A stretch of 64,000 nucleotides of DNA from an uncultured Trueperaceae bacterium (lineage in GTDB: Bacteria; Deinococcota; Deinococci; Deinococcales; Trueperaceae). Positions 51,013-60,748 of the stretch are shown one piece after another. The notes beneath the pieces are model-generated. The model was not told where the DNA came from and ran no database searches. It saw only the letters and a program-made list of their open reading frames with translations. The first letter of the stretch is position 1; each line of letters starts with the position of its first letter. The stretch lies in contig CAWCXJ010000004.1 in NCBI GenBank assembly GCA_963799485.1, positions 181,470 to 245,469 on the forward strand. The letters run 5' to 3'. A program made the position numbers and the translations under genes.

Positions 51013-51480
51013 ATGAAACGAACCGTTCGTCACACCCTGAACTTGGGCTTGTCGGCCTTGTTTCTAACCCTGTTTTTGACGCTCGGCACGACCTGGGCGC
51101 ACGAGGGCGAAGAGGGGGCCGACCTGACCGCTAAAGAACTGGCCCGGCAGGCGGTGGCCTTTTTGGTCAACGAACCCCCCAACCCCGAGATGGCCTTAGA
51201 GCGCCTCAACGACGCCGTGGCTGACGACGAAGTCGAGGGGGTCGATGTCGCCACGCTGAGTTTGGCGGCGGGGGCGCTCGAGGCGGGCGCGCCCCAGGCG
51301 GTGCCGCCGCTCGTGGCTGCGGCGCTCGGCGAGACCACGGCTGTCGAAAGCGGGCCGGTGGTAGCGGTGCAGCTCGGCGCGGGCGTCTACTGGGCCTTCG
51401 CCGCCGGTCTGCTGCTGGCGGCGTTGGGCGCCTACGGTCTGGGCAGGCGTTCGCGCCCTGCGGCCCGCACCGCCGCCTAA
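51013..51480 (+). CDS. Exported protein with mature His1 and C-terminal membrane anchor
   Basis: Signal ...TWA|HEG. C-terminal TM followed by an Arg-rich tail. Confidence 0.75.
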   Translation: MKRTVRHTLNLGLSALFLTLFLTLGTTWAHEGEEGADLTAKELARQAVAFLVNEPPNPEMALERLNDAVADDEVEGVDVATLSLAAGALEAGAPQAVPPLVAAALGETTAVESGPVVAVQLGAGVYWAFAAGLLLAALGAYGLGRRSRPAARTAA

Positions 51481-51490
51481 AGGAAGCATC

Positions 51491-52558
51491 ATGGCAAGCG
51501 CACAAGCAGGCACACGCAAAGGCTTCTGGCAGGCCGTCGACGAACGGCTCGGCATCAGCGAACTCAAGTACCATGTTCCCGATCACGCCCAGGGGCTGGG
51601 CTATTCGCTGGGGGCCATCACCCTGGTCGCCTTTCTCATCCTGGTCGTGACCGGCATCTGGATGGGGCAGTTTTACAACCCCATGCCCGACACGGCGCGC
51701 AGCTCGGTGCTCTATCTGCTCACCTCGGCCCCGGCAGGTTTCTTCGCGCGCAACTTGCACTACTGGGCCGCCAACGCCATGCTCTTAACCGCCCTCTTGC
51801 ACATGCTGCGGGTGCTGTGGACCGGCGCGTACAAGCGCCCGCGCGAGGCCAACTGGCTCGTCGGCGTGGCGCTTTTGGGCCTCACGGTGGGGCTGGTCTT
51901 TACCGGCAGCATCCTCAAGTGGGACCAAGAGTCCATCGAAGGGCTCGGGCACAACGTCGAAACGGCGGCGCTGCTGGGGGGCATAGGCAGTTGGTTCTCA
52001 CCCGAGTTTTCCGGCAGCATCCCGCTTTTGACGCGCCTCTACATCGCCCACATCGCCATCTTGCCCATCTTGTTGGCGGCGCTCTTCGCCGTCCACGCGC
52101 TCCTCATCAAGCTGCACGGGCTGGCCCCCAACGCCTTTGCGGGCCGCACCGCGACGACCCGCAAGACCGCGGGCGAAAGCAGCCACGCCACCTTTTTGGA
52201 GCACTTAGGCGCCGCCGGGCTCTACAGCCTCATCGGTCTCGGGGTGCTGGTCTTTCTGGCGGTCGCCGTCCCTGCGCAACTCGGCCCCGCGCCGGTCACA
52301 GGCATCGAGGTCACCAAGCCCTGGTGGATGTTTTTGCCCATCTTCGCGGTCGAGAACTGGGTGGGGTTGGGCGGGCTCCTGTGGGTCTCGGTCGGCATCT
52401 TCGTGGCGCTGGCGCTGGTGCCGTTCGTGGACCGAAATCCCTACCTGCACCCCGCGCGGCGCAAGGGCGCGCTCATCGTCTACGGTCTGCTCGCGCTTCT
52501 TCTCGTCGCGCTGGGCATCTTCGCCAAATTCGCGCCGGGTGCCGCGCACCTGGGTTAG
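51491..52558 (+). CDS. Cytochrome b (bc-complex type, fused b6 and subunit IV-like)
   Basis: RNLHYWAAN......LHM.R, AYKRPRE.NW..G, L.WDQ, H...H pair in helix D. KPWWMF occupies the PEWY position. Confidence 0.88.
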   Translation: MASAQAGTRKGFWQAVDERLGISELKYHVPDHAQGLGYSLGAITLVAFLILVVTGIWMGQFYNPMPDTARSSVLYLLTSAPAGFFARNLHYWAANAMLLTALLHMLRVLWTGAYKRPREANWLVGVALLGLTVGLVFTGSILKWDQESIEGLGHNVETAALLGGIGSWFSPEFSGSIPLLTRLYIAHIAILPILLAALFAVHALLIKLHGLAPNAFAGRTATTRKTAGESSHATFLEHLGAAGLYSLIGLGVLVFLAVAVPAQLGPAPVTGIEVTKPWWMFLPIFAVENWVGLGGLLWVSVGIFVALALVPFVDRNPYLHPARRKGALIVYGLLALLLVALGIFAKFAPGAAHLG

Positions 52559-52567
52559 GAGCGTCTC

Positions 52568-52822
52568 ATGAACCGCATCACCTTGAATTTCTGGCTCTTT
52601 TTTACCGTGACCACCATAAGCACCGGGCTGCTGGGGCGCTACCTGGCCGCGCTGCTCAAGGGTTACTTTTCACCCGGCATCGTCTTGATGACGCTGCTGC
52701 TCACGGCGCTGGCCGCTTTTAGCGTCACGGTGCTCTTGCGCCTGTTAAAGGCGGTGAGCCGGGCCAAGCGGCTCGAGCCCGCCTACCGCTACGCCGCAGT
52801 CCCTACCGACCTTGAAACGTGA
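52568..52822 (+). CDS. Small 2-TM membrane protein
   Basis: AGGAG SD and two hydrophobic helices. Confidence 0.6.
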   Translation: MNRITLNFWLFFTVTTISTGLLGRYLAALLKGYFSPGIVLMTLLLTALAAFSVTVLLRLLKAVSRAKRLEPAYRYAAVPTDLET

Positions 52823-52854
52823 CGCCCTATCATCTAACCAGGAAGAGGCATCCT

Positions 52855-53283
52855 ATGAACCAGCAAGACCCCTGCTGGGTCGACCCGCTCGACAAGACTG
52901 TCGACCCGGCTACACTCCCAAACACCGTGACCGCCTATTTGAGCGTTAGCGGGATGGGCTGCGCGGCTTGCGCCCTGCGAGTGCGCAACGGCCTCCTCGG
53001 CCTCGAGGGCGTGTTGCTCGCCGACGTGTTCTTAGCCGCGCAGCGCGCCGCCGTGGTTTACGACCCCCGACAGCTCATCCCGGAAGCGCTGCTGCGCGGT
53101 GTAGCCAACGGCGGTCACGACGGTCGGCACCGCTACCACGCCGAGATCGTGGCGGTCAGGGCCACCCGAAACGCGCTGACTTTGGTGGGTGAACAGCGTT
53201 ACTGGGACCCTGCGCAGACTGTTGAAACCAGCCCGGCCCCCGGCGGTGACTGCTGCGGTGCCTGTGGGGAGGCGGCGAGATGA
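52855..53283 (+). CDS. Heavy-metal-associated (HMA) domain protein
   Basis: VSGMGCAAC and C-terminal CCGAC. Confidence 0.85.
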   Translation: MNQQDPCWVDPLDKTVDPATLPNTVTAYLSVSGMGCAACALRVRNGLLGLEGVLLADVFLAAQRAAVVYDPRQLIPEALLRGVANGGHDGRHRYHAEIVAVRATRNALTLVGEQRYWDPAQTVETSPAPGGDCCGACGEAAR

Positions 53284-53501
53284 CGCGGATCCGACTCTAT
53301 CTGCTCGGCGCGGCCCTGTTGCTCGGCCTGGGGCTGTACCTCATCCTCCCGGCCTCGCTGCCTTATCTGCTCGTCGGCGGGTTCGTCTTGCTCCACTTCG
53401 GTTTGCACGGACACGGCGGTCATAAGCACGGCAGCCACAAGCACGCCGACCCACCCACCCCAGCCAAGTCCGAACCCGCCGACGCGCGCGGACGCCGCTG
53501 A
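53280..53501 (+). CDS. Small membrane protein with His-rich tail (DUF2933-like)
   Basis: Two TM segments followed by HGHGGHKHGSHKH. Confidence 0.7.
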   Translation: MTRIRLYLLGAALLLGLGLYLILPASLPYLLVGGFVLLHFGLHGHGGHKHGSHKHADPPTPAKSEPADARGRR

Positions 53502-53532
53502 CCCAGGAATCTGCCTGAAAGGAGGTCTCGCC

Positions 53533-54023
53533 ATGAACTCCGACACGCTCACGCCCTTGGAAGGGGGAACACCCCGACGCCGAGACGCCCGGCACAGATG
53601 CTCTGGCACAGACGCTCGCGATGAGGTGCTTTTGGCCCCGTAACCCCGGCGGCCCTCCTCGCCAAGCTGGCGCACGACCGGGATCTGTGGGTGCGCCATG
53701 GTGTCGCTGGCAGCCCGAACACGCCGCCGCCGACTCTATGACGGCTCGCCGAAACGAATGAGCCCTGTCTGCGCCGGGCGCTGGTGCACAACGCGCGCAC
53801 GCCGCTCGAGGTGCGCGAGTGTTTGGTTGAGCGAGACGATCCCGTCGCTCGGACGCGACCGACGGCGCAACCCGCGCCGACCCGCGAATTCTCCGCCCAT
53901 CCTGCGGGCCGAGCATGCCTCACGACCACGGGGCAGTTCCCTCAGCTTGTCGACAAGGCGTTGGGCTATGCCCGACACGGCGGTGAGCGAGCGGAACTCG
54001 GTACCGACTCACGACCGCTCTGA
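53533..54023 (+). pseudogene. Leucine-rich-variant/HEAT-like repeat gene remnant
   Basis: GGAGG SD with ATG 53533. Another frame reads LAKLAHDRDLWVRHGVAGSPNTPPPTL*RLAE...HNARTPLEV, with an in-frame TGA at 53739. Confidence 0.55.
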
Positions 54024-54034
54024 AAGGACCAACC

Positions 54035-55490
54035 GTGAAACAGCACGACAACATTCCAGCCACAGACCGTAACACCCCTGTTCCCGCCGAAGCGCGCCGC
54101 CTATCGCGGCGGCAGCTGCTCGCGCTGGGCGGCGCCACCACCCTGGGCGCGGCGGTCGGCACGGTGCTTGGCCCCGGCTTCGAGCCTGGCGCTGGCGCAG
54201 GAAGTGCCGCCCGTCCCCGGCTACCGCCTGCCCGACACCGGGGTGGTGCCCGAGGGTGCCACCCCCGACAAGCGCTTTGAGCTTGTCGCCGGGGAAGGCG
54301 AGGTGGTCATCGACGAGGGCGTCGTCTATCAGGGGATGATGTTTGACGGCAGCATTCCCAGCTCGCTCCACCTCATGGACGAGGGCGACACCGCCGAGGT
54401 GAGCGTGCGCAACGATGGGCGCGTTACCCACGGCCTCTCCTACCACCCCACCTACCGCTCCACGCCGCTCAAGGTCGGCAACATCGCGCCGGGGCAGACC
54501 AAGCAGGAGGTCTTCAAGGCCGGCTACCCCGGCGTGTTCATGTACCACTGCGCGCCCGGCGGCCAGGGCATCATGATGCACACCGGCTTCGGCATGTACG
54601 GCATGGCGGTGGTCGAGCCCCGGACCAAAAAGTACCGGCTCGCGGCGGAACTCGGGCGCGAACCGGACGTCAAACTCTACCTGCTCCAGCACGAGGTCTA
54701 CGCCTCGGGCAAGGACTACGTCGAAGGTAAGCCGCTCTACACCATGTTCAACGGCTACAACTACCGCTACATCGACGAGCCCATCATGGTCAGACCGGGC
54801 GATTACGTGCGCATCTACTACCTCAACGTCGGTCCCAACCTGACCGCCTCGCTGCACTTGGTCGGCGGCCTCTGGGATTACCTGTATTACCAGGGCAATC
54901 CCAACAACGTGGTGGTAGGGTCGCAGAGCGCCGTCACCGCTCCGACCGACTCGTGGGTGCTCGAGTTCCGGGTGCCCGAGGCGGGACCCTATCTGCTGGT
55001 GAGCCACGCCTTCGGCACCCAGGCGGCGCGCGGCGCGGCGGGCCTGATCATGGCCGACGAGAGCGCCCAGCGCAGTCCCGTCGTCTCCTGGCAGGGCGCG
55101 CCGCGCCCGCTGCCCGAGGTGACCGAGCGCCGCCGCGTGGTAAACACCTTCGCCCCCGGCAGCCGCGACCTCGACCCGCCACGGGTCTACCGGCCCGGCG
55201 ACGAGGTGCTGATTAGAATGGTCGGCAACAGCTTTTATCCCAAGATAGCCCAGGTGCCCGCCGGTACCACCGTCACCTGGGTGAACGAGGACGTGTTCGA
55301 CGCGCTCGAGGGCGAACTCACCGGCAAGCACAACGTGGTCACCACCTCCGGTCCCGAGACCGTCGCCGGACCGATCATCGGCCACGCCGAGAGCTGGTCG
55401 TACACCTTCCACACGCCCGGCGACTACGAGTACATCTGCGCGGTGCACCCTTACATGGTGGGACGGCTGACGGTTGGGGACCACACCTGA
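54035..55490 (+). CDS. nirK: Tat-exported copper nitrite reductase-like protein with C-terminal cupredoxin, one frameshift near 54168
   Basis: SRRQLL Tat signal in one frame. HGLSYH, YHCAP....H...GM, LHLVGG, VSHAF and C-terminal HNV...YICAVHPYM in the +1 frame. Confidence 0.78.
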
Positions 55491-55521
55491 CGCCGATAAC
55501 CACGTTGGGTGGGCTACATTA

Positions 55522-55540
55522 TATACCCCCCAGGGGTATA
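55522..55540. promoter_or_regulatory. CsoR/RcnR-type operator
   Basis: TATACCCC-CCA-GGGGTATA palindrome with C/G tracts, overlapping a -10-like TAAGAT. Confidence 0.75.
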
Positions 55541-55568
55541 AGATGATGAAGACGAAAGGAGGTCCACC

Positions 55569-55763
55569 ATGATGGGCTTAGGTTGGATACTCGTATTGAT
55601 AGTCGTGGTGCTGCTGGCTGGTGCTCTCTTTCCAAGAGGCAGAGAAACGCCGACCTCGAAGACAGCGCCCAGGGCGTCCTCGCTGGAGATTGCCGAACGG
55701 CGCTACGCAGGGGGAGAGATAAGTAAAGAAGAGTTCGAGAGCATAAAACGCGGTTTAGCTTAA
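55569..55763 (+). CDS. SHOCT-domain membrane protein
   Basis: TM segment plus LEIAERRYAGGEISKEEF. Confidence 0.85.
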   Translation: MMGLGWILVLIVVVLLAGALFPRGRETPTSKTAPRASSLEIAERRYAGGEISKEEFESIKRGLA

Positions 55764-55775
55764 GGAGGCCTAAAG

Positions 55776-56183
55776 ATGACCTACAGTATGCAGAAGACAC
55801 TAAATGAGGACTACGACACGGTTAGAGACAACATCGTAAACGCCCTGAAAGCCGAGGGCTTCGGCATCCTCAGCACCATCGACGTGCAGGCGACCCTGAA
55901 AGAAAAGCTGGGCGAGGACATGGAGCGCTATGAAATCCTGGGAGCTTGCAACCCGCAGCTGGCGCACCGGGCGCTCGAGGCGGACCGTTCCATCGGCTTG
56001 CTCTTACCCTGCAACGTGGTGCTGCGCGAGGTGGGCGACAAGGTAGAGGTCAGCATCTTAGACCCCGAGGTGATGTTCAGCGTCGTCGACGAGACGACGA
56101 AAGGGCAGCTCGAGGGGCTGCCGCAAGAGGCTAAAACACGGCTTGACAAAGCGCTTCAAGCGCTGAAAGGGGTAAGGGCGTGA
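55776..56183 (+). CDS. DUF302 protein
   Basis: EGFGIL..IDV..TLKEKLG...Y.ILGACNP..A...IGLLLPCNV. Confidence 0.9.
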   Translation: MTYSMQKTLNEDYDTVRDNIVNALKAEGFGILSTIDVQATLKEKLGEDMERYEILGACNPQLAHRALEADRSIGLLLPCNVVLREVGDKVEVSILDPEVMFSVVDETTKGQLEGLPQEAKTRLDKALQALKGVRA

Positions 56184-56431
56184 TGGGCTACTACGGTTAC
56201 GGCATGGGCGCGTTCGGGTGGATCGGCATGATTCTCTTCTGGGCGCTGATCATCTTAGCTATCGTCTGGCTGTGGCGCACCCTGGATTTGGGGCAGACGC
56301 TGCGCGGTTCGGGGTCTGCAAGAGAGGCGCAAGCCGAACCTAAAAAGGCTCTCGACATCGCCAAAGAGCGCTACGCCAAAGGCGAGCTGAGCAAAGAACA
56401 GTTCGAACAACTCAAACAGGATTTGTCGTGA
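56180..56431 (+). CDS. SHOCT-domain membrane protein
   Basis: MMGYYGYGM, TM segment, ALDIAKERYAKGELSKEQF. Confidence 0.85.
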   Translation: MMGYYGYGMGAFGWIGMILFWALIILAIVWLWRTLDLGQTLRGSGSAREAQAEPKKALDIAKERYAKGELSKEQFEQLKQDLS

Positions 56432-57126
56432 CCAGGGTCACGTTGAAAGGAGCAAGTATAAAACGGTCACTCGGTATCGGCGTTGTGGTCATCGGCTTGG
56501 CGCTGCTTGGCCTCGTCTTAGCCCAGGGCATGATGGCTCCCAACCAGGTCAATCCCAACTACCCCTACGCTCAAAACCAGGGCTACGGCTATGGTCAGGG
56601 CATGATGGGTCAGCAAGGCATGATGGGTGGCATGGGGATGATGCAGGTCTATCCCGCTACCGCTGAACCCCTTTCCTTGGAGGATGCCCAGGCTCAGTTT
56701 GACCAGGTCGTGCAGGCCTACAGGAACGTTCAGGTCAGCGACGTCATGGCCTTCAGCAACAATTACTACGCGCAACTCGTCGACGACCAGGGCCAAGGCG
56801 TCGCCGAAGTGCTGGTCGACCGCTACAGCGGCTTTGTTACCCCGGAACCCGGCCCGAACATGATGTGGAACACGCGCGCCGGCATGATGGGCTTCGCCTT
56901 TGCCGGACAGCCCCGCTTTGACGAGGCGGCGGCCCAAGAAAAAGCCGAGACCTTTCTCGCCGCCTACCTGCCCGGAGCGAGCGTCCGAGCGAGCCAGACA
57001 TTCAGCGGCTACACCACCTTCGACTTCGGGCGTGAGGCGACCGAAGGCATGTTGAGTGTGAACGCCTACAGCGGTGAGGTGTGGGTGCATACCTGGCACG
57101 GTTCAGCTATCGGAACGCAAAACTAA
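56428..57126 (+). CDS. Exported Met/Gly-rich protein (PepSY-like)
   Basis: Signal sequence, GMMG repeats, PEPGPNMMWNT, MLSVNAYSGEVW.HTWHG. Confidence 0.78.
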   Translation: MTRVTLKGASIKRSLGIGVVVIGLALLGLVLAQGMMAPNQVNPNYPYAQNQGYGYGQGMMGQQGMMGGMGMMQVYPATAEPLSLEDAQAQFDQVVQAYRNVQVSDVMAFSNNYYAQLVDDQGQGVAEVLVDRYSGFVTPEPGPNMMWNTRAGMMGFAFAGQPRFDEAAAQEKAETFLAAYLPGASVRASQTFSGYTTFDFGREATEGMLSVNAYSGEVWVHTWHGSAIGTQN

Positions 57127-57149
57127 GCCAACTGCCCGTCTAAGACGGG

Positions 57150-57183
57150 GTGAGGCTGCTGCTAGGTAGCAGCCTCACTTTTT
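57150..57183 (+). terminator. Intrinsic terminator
   Basis: GTGAGGCTGCT...AGCAGCCTCAC followed by TTTTT. Confidence 0.85.
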
Positions 57184-57193
57184 GGAGAAAGCG

Positions 57194-57525
57194 ATGTCTC
57201 AGCTAACTACCACCTACGACGTGCTCGCCGTAGCTGCGCATCCCGACGACCTCGAGGCGGTCATGGGCGGCACCACCGTCAAGCTCGTGCAAGCCGGTTT
57301 GACTTCGCGGTGGACGTGAGCGAGGTCTACGAGCAAAAACTCGCCGCCTTGGAAGTCTACGAATCGGTCTTCAGCGTCGCTCAAGCCACGCTGCTCGAGC
57401 GCTACGGCACCGAAGACCGCTACGTCGGCAGCCTGGTAGATGTTCGCTACGCCGAAGCCTTCAAGGCTCGCAGCCCCTTGCTGGTCGCAGACCCTACCGT
57501 GTTCGGCAGGCTGAGGTTCGGCTGA
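57194..57525 (+). pseudogene. PIG-L/BshB1-like deacetylase with large internal deletion
   Basis: N-terminal DVLAVAAHPDDLE..MGGT joined out of frame at about 57300 to C-terminal FAVDVSEVYEQKLAAL..Y.S.F...VRYAEAF. Confidence 0.75.
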
Positions 57526-57609
57526 GGTTTCTACCTCTCACGCTACGAGTTAGACAACATCAGCCTAGCGCTGTAACGGCGGCAAGAAAACTCTCGAGAA
57601 AGAAAAGGA

Positions 57610-57828
57610 GTGACAACGATGAATTCACGAAAACTACGACTTTTCATGATGATACTGGTCACGGTGCTGCTCGGCGCTGTCTGGGCACACGGCGACGAAG
57701 ACGGCAACCCGACCGTTTGGGTTGCCAACGGTACGAACGGCACCTTGAGCGTCGTCGACCGCGTTACGGGCGAAGAGCTGGCGCGCGTATCGGCGGGGCG
57801 CAACCCTCACGTCCTGAGTGTGAGCTAG
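57610..57828 (+). pseudogene. Truncated YVTN/YncE beta-propeller protein
   Basis: Signal VWA|HG, one blade (VWVAN..NGTLSVVD..TGE....G.NPH), then a stop. Confidence 0.65.
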
Positions 57829-57831
57829 CAC

Positions 57832-58906
57832 GTGGCAACCGGAGCAGACGTCGTCATCGCCGGGGCCAGCTTCGCGGGGCTGGCCGTGGCCCGCGCGCTC
57901 AAAGGGCGCGAGGTGCTGCTGCTCGACCCGCACCCGGTCGGGGCCTTCGTCAAGTCGGCCTGCGCGCTGCCCGGCGATTTAGCCGAGCGCTTCGGCGCGG
58001 AGGCGGTGCTCGAGCAACACGAGGCGCTGGTCTTTCACTTTTCGCAGCGCACGCTGCGCTTGCCGACCCGGCTCCCTTACGTCACCATCGACTACCGCCG
58101 CTTCTGCGAGCGGCTCCTGGCCGAGAGCGGCGTCACTTTGCTGCAAGCGCGCGCCTTGAAGCCGGTGCCCGGCGGTGTGTTGACCTCAGCCGGCAAAGTG
58201 AGTTGTCGGCTGGTCGTGGACGCCACCGGGCCGAGCGCCGTCCTGGCCTCGTCGCTTACACCCGGTTACGCCGAAGGGCGCTTCATGGGGGCGGGGCTCG
58301 AGGTCGAGCTGCCTCGCCCCCCCGGATTTCCTAGCGGCCTGCACTTCTACCTGAACCGTGAGCTGCCCCCCGGCTACGGCTGGGCCTTCGGCGCGGGCGA
58401 GACGCTGCGCGTGGGGGTCGGGGTCTTCGACAGCAAACGCAGCGGTCGCGACTTGGGCGGGGTGCTGGCGCGCCTGCTGGGGCGACTCGGGCTCGAGCCC
58501 CGAACACGCTCACAAACACCCACACAAACACGGGGGCCTCATCCCCCTGAAATTGCGCGCGCCCGTGGTCGGCGAGCTGTTCGTGGTCGGCGACGCCGCC
58601 GGGCAGGTGCTGCCGGTCACCGCCGAGGGCATCCGCCCGGCCCTGGCCTTCGGCCACGACCTCGGGGGGCTGTTGGCCCGCGTGCTCGAGGGTGAGCTGA
58701 GCCCCGCCGCGGCCCGCCACCGCTACCAGCAGCGGGTGGCGGCGCGGCGCGGCGGCTACCGGGCGCTCGGCTCTTTTCAAGACTTTGTGAGCGCGACTCC
58801 GCACGGCGTCGGTCTCGCCGCGCTCTATCTGCTGGCGCGCTGGGGTAGGCATACGCCGAGCTACCCGCGCTACCTCCGGGGGCTGCGACCGGCGGATACG
58901 TCGTGA
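57832..58906 (+). CDS. FAD-dependent oxidoreductase (geranylgeranyl reductase-like), frameshift near 58500
   Basis: DVVIAGASFAGL, VVDATG, GYGWAF in one frame. GGLIP..VGDAAG..P.TAEGI in the +1 frame. Confidence 0.75.
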
Positions 58907-59116
58907 CAAGTACGCCCTGCAAGCTTGTCAAGGGCGTACTCGGGCAACTTCTTGGGCAACTTCAAGGCGTCTCGAAGCGCTTTCTTCAGGGGCGACGCGG
59001 TGCGGGCCTATGCGCGAGCTGCGGCCCCAAAGTCAGCGGAGGCTTTGTAGGGGTGCCGTTGGGCGACATGGTGCCGGGGTTCGCGGCCACGGTTCTGTTC
59101 TTCGCAGAGGTCGTCT

Positions 59117-60381
59117 GTGAACGAGACTAGGGCGACGCCGGTGCGGGCCTTCCCGCAACTCCTGCGCAAGCTTCTGCAAAGCGAGACCCGGGGGGGTGGC
59201 CTGCTCCTCTTCACCGGCGCTCTGCTGGGTTTCGCCCTGGCCAACTCGCCCTGGCAGGAGGGGTATGTTGCGCTCAAGGCGCTGCCGCTGAGCATCAGCC
59301 TCGGGAGCTGGCAGCTGGCCGAGCCGCTGGTCGGCTGGGTCAACGACCTGCTGATGGCCGGCTTTTTTCTGCTGGTCGGACTCGAGCTCAAACGCGAGCT
59401 GCTGCAGGGCGAACTCGCCGACCCGCGTCGCGCCGCTCTGTCGGTCAGCGCCGCCCTGGGCGGCATGCTGGTGCCGGCAGCACTCTACACCGTGGTCAAT
59501 TGGGGGGTGCGGGCGGCAGGGGCTGGGGCGTGCCGATGGCCACCGACATCGCCTTCGCGCTCGGGGTGCTGTCGCTGTTGGGCAGGCGGGTGCCGCTGGG
59601 CCTCAAAGTCTTTTTGACGGCGCTGGCCACCGTCGACGACCTGGGTGCGGTGCTGGTCATCGCCCTCTTTTACAGCCGCGAACTCGACCCTGGGGCGCTC
59701 GCCTTTGCCTTCGGCTTTCTGGCGCTGGCCTTGCTGGCCGGACGTTTGGGCGTGAGAAATCTGACCGTCTACCTCGGGTTGGGCTTGGCGCTATGGTTCT
59801 TCGTGCTCGAGTCGGGGCTGGACGCCGCCATAAGCGGCGTGCTGCTGGCGCTCGCTGTCCCGTTGCGCCCGCTCGCGCCGACCCAGTCCGGTTCATCCGC
59901 GCAAGGGGAGCGGCTCGAGCCCGAAGCGCAGGCGGCTCGTGCACTGCCCCAGAGGGCGCAGAGCCCCCTGCGCCGTTTGGAACACCACCTGAGCCCCTGG
60001 GTAGCTTACCTGGTCTTGCCCCTGTTCGCCTTTTTCAACGCCGGGGTCGGGGTGGCGGGGAGCGCACTGGGCCCGGTCGGGCTGGGAGTTTTCGTGGGCC
60101 TGGTGCTGGGCAAACCCAGCGGCATCCTGCTCGTCTCCTGGCTCGCGGTCAGAGGCGGCCTGGCCACGCTGCCCGTCGGCGTGAACTGGCGCATGCTGGC
60201 GGGGGTGAGCGTCCTCGGCGGCATCGGCTTTACGGTGGCCCTGTTCATCACCGAGCTGGCCTTTAGCAGCCCGGCCCTGCTGGCGGAGGCCAAGCTCGGC
60301 GTGCTGGCGGCCTCGCTGCTGGCCGCGGCCCTGGGGCTGTGGCTGCTGGCTAGTGCCACCGCGCAACGGCCCGGAGGTTGA
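59117..60381 (+). CDS. nhaA: Na+/H+ antiporter NhaA, frameshift in the G-run at 59502-59507
   Basis: [17 protein letters not shown] and AALGGM.VPA before the shift. [26 protein letters not shown] after it. Confidence 0.88.
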
Positions 60382-60748
60382 AACGACGCCATCTGTAGCA
60401 GGTATACCCCAACGGGCACACGTACCCACGGGCATAAATCATTATTCGGCTGTTTTAGGTGGGTTGTCCTTAAGCCGGCCCCAGGCATTGAGGCGGTTAA
60501 GGGCGGAATGAATGCCAAAGTGTTGACCGACCGCTTTGGGTACGCTCGAGCCTCGTTTACTGAAACCCGGACGAAAGTTAACGAGCGCGGTCAGGGACTA
60601 AACACATAGCTGGCATTTCAATTATATGTACCTGTCCGGCGGTTTCTGAGACTGGTTCTTGAAACAAAGTATAGATTTCGGGAGCCGCTTTCAAATAAGA
60701 AGTTATACAAAAATGTGAAAGATTACACAACAAGCGAAGTATTGACAG

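Noticed and set aside
58903..59130. 75-aa ORF bridging the reductase and nhaA
   Set aside because: No recognisable family, and it contains a micro-duplication. Unsupported.
35881..60518. Many long Arg/Ala/Pro-rich alternative-frame and antisense ORFs (e.g. 44587-46392, 47297-49042, 54009-55484, 39150-40418)
   Set aside because: Expected shadows of high-GC3 genes with recognisable products.
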